Numbered from the stretch's first letter, positions 7,444 through 16,876 are shown. The stretch is 64,000 bases of DNA from Tepidiformaceae bacterium (GCA_965243075.1 OZ251525.1:2144348-2208347), one strand, 5' to 3'. Notes: a model not told the origin generated them from the letters alone. Numbers and translations are program-made.

Positions 7444-8826
7444 ATGGGCGGCGGCGACCCGGCCTCCCCGCTTCGCGCCCTCCCCGGCGTCGAAACCGTG
7501 CTCGCCGGGCTGCGCGGCGGCGGGCATCCGCACGCGCTCGCGCTGGAGGCGGCGCGCATGGCCATTGAGCGCGCCCGCGAGGCCGTGCGCGCCGGCGAAC
7601 CCGCGCCCCCGACGGTGGCCATCGCGGCGGAGGCGGAGGCGATCCTGCGCGGGCTCGCGCGGCCCTCGCTGGGGCGCGTGGTGAACGCCACGGGCGTCAT
7701 CCTGCAGACGAACCTGGGGCGCGCCCCCCTCGGCGAGCGCGCCATCGCGGCCATGGCCGAGGCCGCGCGCGGCTACTCCAACCTCGAATTCGACCTGGCC
7801 GGGGGAACGCGCGGCTCGCGCCACGAGCACGTGCGCGACCTCATCCGCCGCACGACGGGCGCGGGGGACGGCCTCGCCGTGAACAACAACGCCGCCGCCC
7901 TGCTGATGGCGCTGCGGGTGTTCGCGCGCGGGCGCGAGGTGATCGTCTCGCGCGGCGAGGCGGTGGAGATCGGCGGGCGCTTCCGCATCCCCGACGTGCT
8001 GCGCGAAAGCGGCGCGCGGCTGGTCGAGGTGGGCACGACGAACCGCACCTACGCCGCCGACTACGCCGAGGCGCTGGGCGACGAGACCGCCGCCATCCTG
8101 CGCGTGCACCGCTCCAACTTCGAGGTGACGGGCTTCACGGCGCGGCCCGAGGCGTCCGAGCTGGCGGCGCTGGCGCACGCGCACGGCGCGCTCCTGCTCG
8201 ACGACCTCGGCAGCGGCTGCCTCGTCGAAACCACGGACTACGGCATCCCCCACGAGCCCACCGTGCGCGAAAGCCTGCGCGCGGGCGCAGACCTCGTGCT
8301 GTTCAGCGGGGACAAGCTGCTGGGCGGGCCGCAGTGCGGCGTCATCGCCGGGCGGGAGGCGCTGGTGGACGAGCTGCGGCGGCATCCGCTGGCGCGCGCC
8401 CTGCGCGTGGACAAGCTCACCATCGCCGCCCTCAACGCCACGCTCGCCGCCTACCTCGCGGGCGCGGAACGCGAGGAAATCCCCGTCTGGCGCATGCTGG
8501 CGCTGGACGAGCCGCAACTGCGCCCGCGGGCGGAGGCGTGGGCGCGGGCGGCGGGCGAACGCGGGCGCGTGATCGCATCGCGCTCCGTGGTCGGCGGAGG
8601 CGCGGCGCCAGGCGCGGGACGGCCCAGCTGGTGCGCGGCCCTGCATCCCGAGGGCGGCGCGGAGCGGCTGACGCGCGCCCTGCGCGAGGCCGGCCCGCCC
8701 ATCGTCGCGCGCATGGAGAACGGCGAGACGCTGCTCGACCCGCGCACCGTGGACGAGCGCGACGACGCGCACGTGGCCGCCGCCATCGCCGCCCTCACCG
8801 CGCCCGCCACGCACGGCGGCCCGTGA
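7444..8826 (+). CDS. selA: L-seryl-tRNA(Sec) selenium transferase
   Basis: GVILQTNLGRAPL, VSRGEAVEIGGRFRIPDV, VGTTNRTY, RVHRSNF and FSGDKLLGGPQCGVIAG (PLP Lys) match SelA. An alternative in-frame ATG lies at 7423. Confidence 0.85.
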   Translation: MGGGDPASPLRALPGVETVLAGLRGGGHPHALALEAARMAIERAREAVRAGEPAPPTVAIAAEAEAILRGLARPSLGRVVNATGVILQTNLGRAPLGERAIAAMAEAARGYSNLEFDLAGGTRGSRHEHVRDLIRRTTGAGDGLAVNNNAAALLMALRVFARGREVIVSRGEAVEIGGRFRIPDVLRESGARLVEVGTTNRTYAADYAEALGDETAAILRVHRSNFEVTGFTARPEASELAALAHAHGALLLDDLGSGCLVETTDYGIPHEPTVRESLRAGADLVLFSGDKLLGGPQCGVIAGREALVDELRRHPLARALRVDKLTIAALNATLAAYLAGAEREEIPVWRMLALDEPQLRPRAEAWARAAGERGRVIASRSVVGGGAAPGAGRPSWCAALHPEGGAERLTRALREAGPPIVARMENGETLLDPRTVDERDDAHVAAAIAALTAPATHGGP

Positions 8827-8870
8827 GCGGCGGCGTGGTAGTATCGCGGCACTCAAGCGAGGAGCGGAAC

Positions 8871-9242
8871 ATGGAGCAGGAACACTGGCAGCCCGCCCGC
8901 CTCATTCCCGTGTCGGGCATTCGGGGCGACGACGAGCAGGAGCGCCGTGCAACGTCCGCGCTTCTGGCGGTGCTGACCGCGGTTCACGAATTCGAGCGCG
9001 CCGTCCTCAAGCCGCTGGGAGCGCCCTCGGGGAAACTGTCCGCGTTCTGCGAAGTTCCCTTTGAACTGGCGGACGGTCGCAATGTCCGCGTGGATGGCGT
9101 ACTCCAGGCGGTTCGCGGGAAGACGACGGGGTTGAAGGCATGGTCGCCGCCAGCCCCACGCCTTCCCGAGGCCGACGAGAGTGTGGAACCGGAACAGCCG
9201 GAACCCCAGTCCCCGCCGCCCGCCGAGCCCGCGTCGTCCTAG
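8871..9242 (+). pseudogene. likely 5' remnant of a conserved hypothetical gene
   Basis: MEQEHWQPARLIPVSGIRGDDEQERRATSALLAVLTAVHEFERAVLKPLGAP...VDGVLQAVRGKTTG resembles the N-terminus of a larger conserved actinobacterial-type protein from my memory. After about 85 aa it turns into a Pro-rich tail. A GAGGAG SD precedes the ATG. Confidence 0.4.
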
Positions 9243-9349
9243 ACCAAGCACGCCCCTCACGGCGTGGCGGGATATGGGCGTGGGGCGCGGGATGTTGACA
9301 GCATGATCGCGACGGCTCCAATCTGGTTGTGCGGAAAGGAGCGGGCGCG

Positions 9350-9661
9350 ATGGAAGCCGCACTGCTCCTCACGTCGATGCTTCTCCCCTGGACCGGGTTC
9401 ATCGCGGGCGTCCTGATCGGGCGCTGGTGGGTCATTCCGCTCACCGCAGCGGCATGGGTCGCGGTCGTCGTGGCCACTCACGGCGAGGGCGTTACTCCGT
9501 CCCTGCTGGGGTTTGGGCTCTTCATGGGCGGCAGCACCGCGGTGGGCGTGGCGCTGCACTGGCTGCTCTTCAAGCCCGAGGCGGTGATGGCGCGGGCGCG
9601 CGCGGGCGGCGGACGGCTGCGGAGCTGGGTGCGCGCCGCCCTCGCCACGCGGCGGGGCTAG
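9350..9661 (+). CDS. small hydrophobic (membrane) protein
   Basis: MEAALLLTSMLLPWTGFIAGVLIGRWWVIPLTAAAWVAVVV... contains 2-3 predicted TM segments. A GGAG lies upstream of ATG 9350. Confidence 0.4.
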   Translation: MEAALLLTSMLLPWTGFIAGVLIGRWWVIPLTAAAWVAVVVATHGEGVTPSLLGFGLFMGGSTAVGVALHWLLFKPEAVMARARAGGGRLRSWVRAALATRRG

Positions 9662-12177
9662 GCCAGCACGCCCTCCGCCAGCAGGTCCGCGATCTCGTCG
9701 CCGTCCAGTTCGAGGATGCGGCGGCACACCTCCTCCGTGTGCTCGCCGAAGAGGGGCGCGGGCGCGCGATGGCGGCCCGGCGTGAGGCCCAGCCGCGCGC
9801 AGAAGCCCTCGTAGGCGCTGCGGCCCGTCTCCGCGTGGTCGAGGTACTGGTAGTAGCCGCGCGCGCGCATGTGCGGGTCGCGTTCGAGCATGTCGCGCGC
9901 GTTCTGCACGACGCCCGCGGGCACGCCGCGCGCCTGCAGCGCCGCCATCACGTCCCCGGCGCGGCGCTCGCGCGTCCATTCGCCCACCAGCGCCTCGAGC
10001 GCGTCCTCGTTGGCCTTGCGCCCCTCGTGCGTGGCGAAGCGGGGGTCGGCGGCGGACCCGTCGTGGCCGAGCGCCTCGCAGAGCGCGGCCCACTCACCGT
10101 CGTCGCGGCAGGCGACGACCGCCCAGCGCTCCTCCGGACCATCGGGACCGTCCTCGTCGGCGCATCGGAAGGCGCCGTGGGGCGCGGCCACGGGGCTGCG
10201 GTTGCCCGCGCGCGTCTGCGTGGCGCCGTTGGCCGTGTAATCGAGGATGGCGGGCGCGAGCGCGTTCACCACGGACTCGATCTGCGGCATCTCCACCAGC
10301 TGGCCCTCGCCCGTGCGCTCGCGGTGGCGCAGCGCCGCCAGCATGGCGATGGCGAGGTGGCCGGGATTGACCACGTAGTCGGGGTAGTTGGTGCCCACGC
10401 CGATGGGCGGGCGGTGGGGGAAGCCGGAGAGCTCGCTGATGCCCGTGATGGGCGTCAGCACCGCGCCGAAGCCGAGGAAATCGCGGTGCGGCCCGGTCAT
10501 GCCCTGCATGGGCGCGTAGGCGGCCACGATGCGCGGGTTCACGGCCAGCACCTGCTCCGGCAGCAGGTTCCAGCGCGTCAGCACGCGCGGCGTGAAGTTC
10601 GTCATGAACACGTCCGAGCGCTCGATCAGGCGGCGGGCGATGGCCTGGCCGCGTTCGCGGTTCAGGTCCAGCAGCAGGCTGAGCTTGCCCGCGTTGAAGT
10701 TGTTGAAGTAGCCGGAGGCGTTGTAGCCGGTTTTGGGGGAACCGTCCTCGTTGAGCGCGACCGGCTGGACGACGCGCAGGGAGTCGATGCGCGCCTCGGA
10801 CTCCACGCGCACGACCTCCGCGCCGAAGGCGGCCAGCGTCTGCGCGGCGATGGGGCCCGCGCCGAACCAGGAGAAATCGGCCACGCGCAGCCCCTCCAGC
10901 GGCAGCGTGATCGCGCTCGACGCGACGGACGGCGATGCGGGTTCCGCGCGGGGCCTCCAGGCGGCGTCCGCGTGCTCGCCCAGGCGGGGCGGCGGGCCGA
11001 CCCGCGCGGGCGTGGCCGAGAGGCGGTAGGGCGGGCCCGGGAACTCGACCTCGCGCCCGGCCACCGCCACCGGCCGGTACCAGTCGCGCGCCCGCAGCTG
11101 CGCGCTGGCCACGAGGTCGGCGGGCGTGGACACCAGCCCCACGAGCAGGCGGCGGCGCTGCCCCTCCTCGTAGGCCTCGAGGGCCGTCATGGTGGCGAAG
11201 AAGGCGGCCACGGTCTCGCCGATGTGCGCCAGCTGCGGGCCCATGCGCTCGGCCTCGGAGGGATCGGCCATCACGCGCGCGAGGAAGCGCAGGTTCATCT
11301 CCGCCACGATGGCGGCGTACGGCTCCTCGCGGAGGTCGTGCGCGAAGCCCGCCTCGTCCATCCACGCCACCAGCTCGGGGAAATCGGCCCCGCCCGGGGC
11401 GGTGATGTAGGCCATCAGGTGGCCCGCCTTCGTCTCGTACACGCCCACGCCGGGGATGGGCGCGCGCAGCAGGCCGAGGGGGCCGGTGCGCACGCGGTTC
11501 GTGCGCTGCAGGTCCCACATCATCATGGCCGTCTCCTGCGCGGGGGAGAGCGCCTCCTGCGCGGAGACGTCGACGTGCTGGCCTTGCCCCGTGCGCTCCG
11601 CATGGCGCAGGGCAAGCAACGCGCCCAGCGCCGCCTGGATGCCCGCGCAGACGTCGGCCTGGTTCCCGTAGATGAGGTTGGGCGGATCCTCGGGCATGCC
11701 CGCCAGCGTCATCACGCCCGCCATGGCCTGCGCCACGATGTCGGCGTGGGCGAAGCCCGCGTGCGGACCGCTCTGGCCGAAGCCCGTGACCGACGCGTAG
11801 ACGAGGTCGGGCCGCTCGCCGCGCAGGTCGTCGTAGCCCAGCCCGTAGCGCGCGAGCGTCCCCGGCGGGTGGTCCTCGACGATGGCGTCGGCGTCGCGCG
11901 CCAGCGAACGCGCGCGTTCGCGGTCGGCCTCGTTCTCCAGGTCGAGGACGAGGGAGCGCTTGGAGCTGTTGCGCGCCCAGAAGGGGAGGGCGCGGTCGGG
12001 GGCGGGCGGCTCGCCCGCGAGGAAGGGCGGCATGCGGCGCAGGCGGCCCCCGCCGGGCGGCTCCACCTTGATCACGTCGGCCCCCAGGTCGGCGAGCAGC
12101 TTGCCGCAGTAGGAGCCGGGCTCGTCCGCCAGTTCGAGGACGCGCACGCCCGCGAGCGGCCCCGCGGTCTCAGGCAT
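9658..12177 (-). CDS. family III CoA-transferase (CaiB/BaiF), two fused domains
   Basis: GVRVLELADEPGSYCGKLLADLGADVIKVEPPGG at the N-terminus, and a second GLRVADFSWFGAGPIAAQTLAAFGAEVVRVES about 400 aa later. The start overlaps the upstream stop by 8 nt. Confidence 0.85.
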   Translation of the reverse strand: MPETAGPLAGVRVLELADEPGSYCGKLLADLGADVIKVEPPGGGRLRRMPPFLAGEPPAPDRALPFWARNSSKRSLVLDLENEADRERARSLARDADAIVEDHPPGTLARYGLGYDDLRGERPDLVYASVTGFGQSGPHAGFAHADIVAQAMAGVMTLAGMPEDPPNLIYGNQADVCAGIQAALGALLALRHAERTGQGQHVDVSAQEALSPAQETAMMMWDLQRTNRVRTGPLGLLRAPIPGVGVYETKAGHLMAYITAPGGADFPELVAWMDEAGFAHDLREEPYAAIVAEMNLRFLARVMADPSEAERMGPQLAHIGETVAAFFATMTALEAYEEGQRRRLLVGLVSTPADLVASAQLRARDWYRPVAVAGREVEFPGPPYRLSATPARVGPPPRLGEHADAAWRPRAEPASPSVASSAITLPLEGLRVADFSWFGAGPIAAQTLAAFGAEVVRVESEARIDSLRVVQPVALNEDGSPKTGYNASGYFNNFNAGKLSLLLDLNRERGQAIARRLIERSDVFMTNFTPRVLTRWNLLPEQVLAVNPRIVAAYAPMQGMTGPHRDFLGFGAVLTPITGISELSGFPHRPPIGVGTNYPDYVVNPGHLAIAMLAALRHRERTGEGQLVEMPQIESVVNALAPAILDYTANGATQTRAGNRSPVAAPHGAFRCADEDGPDGPEERWAVVACRDDGEWAALCEALGHDGSAADPRFATHEGRKANEDALEALVGEWTRERRAGDVMAALQARGVPAGVVQNARDMLERDPHMRARGYYQYLDHAETGRSAYEGFCARLGLTPGRHRAPAPLFGEHTEEVCRRILELDGDEIADLLAEGVLA

Positions 12178-13369
12178 GGCTCACGCTCCCCGCGCGCGCC
12201 GTGACCGTGGCGGGCAGGCGCTCGGTCAGGATGTCGACGGTTTCCGCCACGATGCCTTCGAGGATGGCGGCGGCGGGGCGCGTCTCCGTGAGCATGCCCG
12301 CGATCTGGCCGGCGGCGTTCATGAGCAGGTCGTCGCGCCCCGCCTCGCGCAGGGAGTGGACCACGTCGCGGATGGCGATGCCCTGCACGCCCATGGGCAG
12401 GGCGCGGATGCCGCTGGCCTCCCAGGCGTCGATGAGGGGGTTGCGGATGTTGCGCATCGTCTTGCCGCTGTAGAGGCGCGTGACGCGCGTGTCCTCCTCG
12501 CTGGCGGCGAGGATGCGCTCCAGCTGCGCGCGCGGCTGGTTGGCCTCCTCCGCCACGAGAAAGGCGGTGCCGCACCACACGCCCGCCGCGCCCGCCGCCA
12601 GCATGGCCGCCGCGCCGCGCCCGTCGCCGATGCCCCCGGCGGCGATGACCGGCAGCGGCGCGACCGCGCGGATGACCTGCGTGACGAGGGGCAGCGTGCC
12701 GATGCGGCCCGTGTGCCCGCCCGCCTCCGTGCCCTGCGCCACGATCGCGTCCACGCCCGCATCGGCCAGACGGCGCGCGTTCTTCACGTTGCCCACGAGC
12801 GAGAGCACGAGCGTTCCGTTGGCGCGCAGGCGGTCGAGCCAGGGCGCGGGGCTGCCGAGGCCGGAGGCGAAGACGGGCACGCGCTCCTCGATCACCACCT
12901 CCATCTGCGCGTCCGACATGCCGCCCCCGCGCCCGGCCAGGGCGGGGCGGGTGGCGGTGGAGACCGCCGGGGCCTCCACCCAGGGAACGTCCAGCGCGGC
13001 GAGCATGGCGCGCAGCCCCTCCCACGTCTCGGCGGGCACGAGCTCGCGCGGGTCGGCGGGCGGGGGCCGGTCGGCGGCCTCGCCGAGGTAGTTGGCGGGC
13101 AGCAGCAGGTCCACGCCGAAGGGGCGGTCCGTGAGGGCGCGGGCGCGGGCGATCTCCTCGCGCAGGCGCTCCGGCCCGTAGCCGCTGCCGCCGATGACGC
13201 CGAGGCCGCCCGCGTTGGAGACGGCGGCGGCCAGTTCGGCGGTGGCCACGGGCCCGACGATGCCGCCCGCCACGGGGCCCATGCCCGCGAGCGCGACCGG
13301 ATACTCGACGCCCGCGAGGTCGCAGAAGGCGGTGCGCAGGACGGGACGGGCCACGGCGACGCTCCCCAC
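12170..13369 (-). CDS. nitronate monooxygenase / FabK-like FMN oxidoreductase
   Basis: YPVALAGMGPVAGG..., IVAQGTEAGGHTG and AAGGIGDGRG motifs. GTG start. Confidence 0.85.
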   Translation of the reverse strand: MGSVAVARPVLRTAFCDLAGVEYPVALAGMGPVAGGIVGPVATAELAAAVSNAGGLGVIGGSGYGPERLREEIARARALTDRPFGVDLLLPANYLGEAADRPPPADPRELVPAETWEGLRAMLAALDVPWVEAPAVSTATRPALAGRGGGMSDAQMEVVIEERVPVFASGLGSPAPWLDRLRANGTLVLSLVGNVKNARRLADAGVDAIVAQGTEAGGHTGRIGTLPLVTQVIRAVAPLPVIAAGGIGDGRGAAAMLAAGAAGVWCGTAFLVAEEANQPRAQLERILAASEEDTRVTRLYSGKTMRNIRNPLIDAWEASGIRALPMGVQGIAIRDVVHSLREAGRDDLLMNAAGQIAGMLTETRPAAAILEGIVAETVDILTERLPATVTARAGSVSHA

Positions 13370-13383
13370 GCGATGGTGCGCCC

Positions 13384-13389
13384 AGTATA
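13384..13389 (-). promoter_or_regulatory. putative -10 box TATACT upstream of 12170..13369
   Basis: TATACT lies 14 nt upstream of the GTG at 13369. Confidence 0.35.
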
Positions 13390-13401
13390 GCCGCGCGGGG
13401 C

Positions 13402-13471
13402 GGCGGCGCGCCTATAATCGCGGCGTGTCCGCTGGCGGCGGCGCGCCTATAATCGCGGCGTGTCCGCTGGC
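13402..13471 (+). repeat. perfect 35-bp tandem duplication containing the TATAAT -10 box and the polA GTG start
   Basis: GGCGGCGCGCCTATAATCGCGGCGTGTCCGCTGGC occurs twice back to back. TATAAT is at 13413..13418 and 13448..13453. GTGTCCGCTGG is at 13425 and 13460. Confidence 0.9.
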
Positions 13472-16204
13472 GGCGCCGCGCGGCGCCTCGTCATCCTCGA
13501 TTCGCACGGCATCCTCTACCGCGCCTTCTTCGCGCTGGGGTCCGCGCCCAACCCCATGATGACCAGCCGCGGCGAACTCACCTACGCCACCTACGGCTAC
13601 GCCGAGTCGCTGCTGCGCGTGTACGACCAGCTCCGGCCCACGCACCTGTGCGCGGCCTGGGACGCGGGCGGCAAGACCTTCCGCCACGAGGCGCGCGCGG
13701 ACTACAAGGCCACGCGCCGCGAGACGCCGGAGGAGCTGCCGCCGCAGATGGAGCGCGTGCGCGAGCTGCTCGACGCCTTCGCCATCCCCGTCCACGAAGC
13801 GCCCGGCTTCGAGGCCGACGACGTGGCCGGCACCATCGCCGCGCGTACCGCCGCCGACGGCATCGAGACCTGGATCGTGACGCTGGACACCGATTTCGTG
13901 CAGCTCATCCGCCCCAACCTCAGCCTCTTCATGTTCCGCCCCTACCAGCGCGACACGGTCATGTACGACATGGCGGCGGCGAGCGAGCGCTGGGGCTTCA
14001 GCCCGCACCACATGACCGATTTCAAGGCGCTGCGCGGCGATTCCAGCGACAACATCGCCGGCATCAAGGGCATCGGCGACAAGACCGCCGCCAACCTCAT
14101 CCGCCAGTTCGGCCCCATCGAGGAGCTGTTCGCGCGGCTCGACGAGGTGGCGTCGAAGTCGGTGCGCGCGAAGCTGGAGGGCCAGCGCGAGGACGCGCTG
14201 GAGAACAAGCGCCTCATCACCATCCGCACGGACGCGCCCTGCGACTTCGACCTCGCCGCCTGCGAGGCGCGCGCCTACGACCGCGAGCGCGTGGTCGCCC
14301 TCTTCCGCGAGCTGGAGTTCCGCAGCCTCATCGACCGCCTGCCCGAACCGGCGGACGGCGACGCCGCGTCCCCCGCCGTCGCCGAGCCGCCCCCCGCGGG
14401 CGACTACGCCACCGTCACGGACGAGCGCGGGCTGCGCGCGCTGGCGGAAACGCTGCGCGCGTCGGACGGATTCGCCGTCAGCGCGCTGTCCACGGCGGGC
14501 GACGGGGCGCATCCGCTGCTGCTGGGGCTGGCCTTCGCCGACGCCCCCGGACGCGCCTGGTACGTGCCCCTCGGCCATGCGCCGCGGCTCGACGACGGCG
14601 ACGCCGGACAGGCGCCGCTGGCCGCCGTGCGCGAGACGCTGGGCCCGCTGCTGGCCGACCCCGCGCTGCCGAAGACGGCCTACGGCGCGAAGTACCTGCT
14701 GCACCAGTTCGCGCGCGCGGGCATGGCGCTCGACGGCGTCGTGGCCGAGACCAGCCTCATGGCCTTCCTGCTGGGCGAGACCTCGCAGACGCTGGCCAGC
14801 CTCGCCACCGAGCGGCTGGGCGTGGAGCTGCGCCCCGTCACGGCGCTCACGGGCACGGGGCGCAAGGCCGTCCCCCTCGCGCAGGTGGACCCCGAAGCCG
14901 CGGGCGAGCTGGCCTGCCAGCAGGCCGACTTCCTGCTGCGCCTGCGCCCGATGCTGGAGGAGCAGCTGCGCGAGCGCGGCCAGTGGGCGCTCTACGAGGA
15001 GCTGGAGCTGCCCCTCGTGCCCGTGCTGGCGGACATGGAGGCGGCGGGCGTGGCCATCGACACCGCCGTGCTGCGCGACATCTCCACCTCGCTCGCGGGC
15101 GAAATCGACATCGCCGAGCGCGCCGTGTACGAGCACGCCGGGCGCGAGTTCAACATCGGCAGCCCCCAGCAGCTGAGCGACGTCCTCTTCAAGGAGCTGG
15201 GGCTGCCGCCCACGCGCCGCATGAAGCAGGGCCACAGCACCGACCAGCGCGCCCTCGAGGGGCTGCGCGAGGCCCACCCCGTCGTCGAGGCCATCTTCGC
15301 CTGGCGCCAGCTGACCAAGCTCAAGTCCACCTACCTCGACGCCCTGCCCGGGGCCGTCTCCCCCGACGACGGGCGCATCCACACCGACTTCCAGCAGAAC
15401 GTGGCCGCCACGGGGCGGCTCAGCAGCGTCAACCCCAACCTGCAGAACATCCCCGTGCGCACCGAGCAGGGCCGCGACATCCGCCGCGCCTTCGTCGCCC
15501 AGGGCCACGACGACGCCCGCTACGTGGCCGCCGACTACTCCCAGATCGAGCTGCGCGTGCTCGCCCACCTCAGCGGCGACCGCGGCCTCATCGACGCCTT
15601 CCTCGCCGACGCCGACATCCACCAGGCCACCGCCGCCAGCGTCTACGGCGTGGCCCCCGACGCCGTCACGCGCCAGATGCGGGACACGGCCAAGATGGTC
15701 AACTTCGGCATCGCCTACGGCATGGGCGCCTTCGGCCTGAGCGAGCGCACGGGCCTCACGCGCGAGGAGGCGGGCGCCTTCATCGACGCCTACTACGCCA
15801 ACTTCCCCGGCATCAAGACCTGGCAGGACGAGGTGCTCGCCTCCACGCGCGAACGCGGCTACGCCGAAACGCTCCACGGGCGGCGGCGCTACCTGCCCGC
15901 CATCCACAGCCGCAACTTCCAGGCGCGCGCCGCCGCCGAGCGCGAGGCCGTCAACATGCCCGTACAGGGCACGGCGGCGGACATCATCAAGGTGGCCATG
16001 ATCCGAATCGCCGCCGCCGCCCGCGAGCGCGAGCTGCGCAGCCGCATGATCCTGCAGGTGCACGACGAGCTCATCTTCGAGGGCCCGGCGGACGAGGCGG
16101 ACGAGGTGGCCTCGCTGCTGGCGGAGGTGATGCCCGCGAGCCTGGAGCTGGCGGTCCCGCTGAAGGTGGACCTGAAGCGCGGCCGCAACTGGGCCGAGCT
16201 GTAG
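13460..16204 (+). CDS. polA: DNA polymerase I
   Basis: 5'-nuclease N-terminus (LVILDSHGILYRAFFA), and polymerase motifs DYSQIELRVLAHLS, RDTAKMVNFGIAYG and LQVHDELIFE. The GTG start lies only 6 nt after TATAAT, so the mRNA is probably leaderless. Confidence 0.95.
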   Translation: MSAGGAARRLVILDSHGILYRAFFALGSAPNPMMTSRGELTYATYGYAESLLRVYDQLRPTHLCAAWDAGGKTFRHEARADYKATRRETPEELPPQMERVRELLDAFAIPVHEAPGFEADDVAGTIAARTAADGIETWIVTLDTDFVQLIRPNLSLFMFRPYQRDTVMYDMAAASERWGFSPHHMTDFKALRGDSSDNIAGIKGIGDKTAANLIRQFGPIEELFARLDEVASKSVRAKLEGQREDALENKRLITIRTDAPCDFDLAACEARAYDRERVVALFRELEFRSLIDRLPEPADGDAASPAVAEPPPAGDYATVTDERGLRALAETLRASDGFAVSALSTAGDGAHPLLLGLAFADAPGRAWYVPLGHAPRLDDGDAGQAPLAAVRETLGPLLADPALPKTAYGAKYLLHQFARAGMALDGVVAETSLMAFLLGETSQTLASLATERLGVELRPVTALTGTGRKAVPLAQVDPEAAGELACQQADFLLRLRPMLEEQLRERGQWALYEELELPLVPVLADMEAAGVAIDTAVLRDISTSLAGEIDIAERAVYEHAGREFNIGSPQQLSDVLFKELGLPPTRRMKQGHSTDQRALEGLREAHPVVEAIFAWRQLTKLKSTYLDALPGAVSPDDGRIHTDFQQNVAATGRLSSVNPNLQNIPVRTEQGRDIRRAFVAQGHDDARYVAADYSQIELRVLAHLSGDRGLIDAFLADADIHQATAASVYGVAPDAVTRQMRDTAKMVNFGIAYGMGAFGLSERTGLTREEAGAFIDAYYANFPGIKTWQDEVLASTRERGYAETLHGRRRYLPAIHSRNFQARAAAEREAVNMPVQGTAADIIKVAMIRIAAAARERELRSRMILQVHDELIFEGPADEADEVASLLAEVMPASLELAVPLKVDLKRGRNWAEL

Positions 16205-16376
16205 GGGGCAGCGCGCGCCCCGCCGCCGTCACGATCACGATCTCGTCGGCGACGGGCGCGAGGGCGTCGCGCACCCACTGCAGGAGGGGGCGTCCGCGCA
16301 GCGTGGCGGCGGCCTTGTCGGAGCCGAAGCGCGTGCTGCGTCCGCCCGCCACGATGATGCCCGCGAGCGCGCCCAT
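16205..16376 (-). pseudogene. N-terminal fragment of a MobA-like molybdenum cofactor guanylyltransferase
   Basis: MGALAGIIVAGGRSTRFGSDKAAATLRGRPLLQWVRDALAPVADEIVIV is a typical MobA N-terminus. The reading frame then runs into the polA 3' end and degenerates into Pro/Ala/Arg junk. Confidence 0.55.
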
Positions 16377-16390
16377 GCCCGCAGGGTATA

Positions 16391-16876
16391 TCAGGCGCTA
16401 CGGACGCTTGGCGCCGCAATCTCCCTCACCCGCTCAAGGTCGGCGTCGCTGAGGTCGTCGTCGGAGACGCCCGCGAAGCAGTACGGGATCTCCTCGCCGT
16501 ATTCGACGGCCTTCCATCCGGCCCCGTACGACCAGTCGGGCCCCACGCTGGCGTCCAGCCGTCCGATGACTTCATCGACGAGCGCGATTTCGGGAGCGGT
16601 GAACAGGGAAACGTCGGCGACGGCGCGCCCATCCTCGCCCAGCGCATCAAGCGCTTCGTCGAACCCAGCGGGAACGGGGCCGCGCCGATCCTTGACGTAC
16701 GAGCGGCCGGTGATGGAGCGGCCGAGCCGGTCATAGGCGGCGAAGTCGCAGCGGTACAGCACCCCGGCAAGCGCGGGCGCGTCGAACGACGGACGCTGGC
16801 GGCACGCCCCGGCGACGTACAGCATGAGTTCGCGGAGACGCGCGGAATCGTCGTGTTCTTCGGACATGGCGGGCAC
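16391..16876 (-). CDS. Panacea (DUF4065)-like domain protein, divergent copy
   Basis: LRELMLYVAG...LAGVLYRCDFAAYDRLGRSITGRSYVKDRRGPVP fits the DUF4065 pattern. Start is GTG 16876 or ATG 16867. Confidence 0.7.
   Translation of the reverse strand: MPAMSEEHDDSARLRELMLYVAGACRQRPSFDAPALAGVLYRCDFAAYDRLGRSITGRSYVKDRRGPVPAGFDEALDALGEDGRAVADVSLFTAPEIALVDEVIGRLDASVGPDWSYGAGWKAVEYGEEIPYCFAGVSDDDLSDADLERVREIAAPSVRSA

Noticed and set aside
6208-8856. 882-aa ORF on the minus strand
   Set aside because: It is antisense to selA and out of frame with the aminotransferase. Its extreme Arg/Ala/Pro/Gly composition is typical of spurious ORFs in GC-rich DNA, and it has no motifs.
9293-9298. TTGACA as a -35 box upstream of 9350
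   Set aside because: There is no acceptable -10 hexamer at 16-18 nt spacing.
13412-16063. 883-aa ORF antisense to polA
   Set aside because: polA on the plus strand has unambiguous motifs. The antisense product is low-complexity Gly/Ala/Arg/Val.
16071-16376. 101-aa ORF as an intact mobA-like gene
   Set aside because: Only the first ~57 codons look like MobA. The remainder overlaps the polA 3' end and is Pro/Ala/Arg junk, so I called it a fragment.
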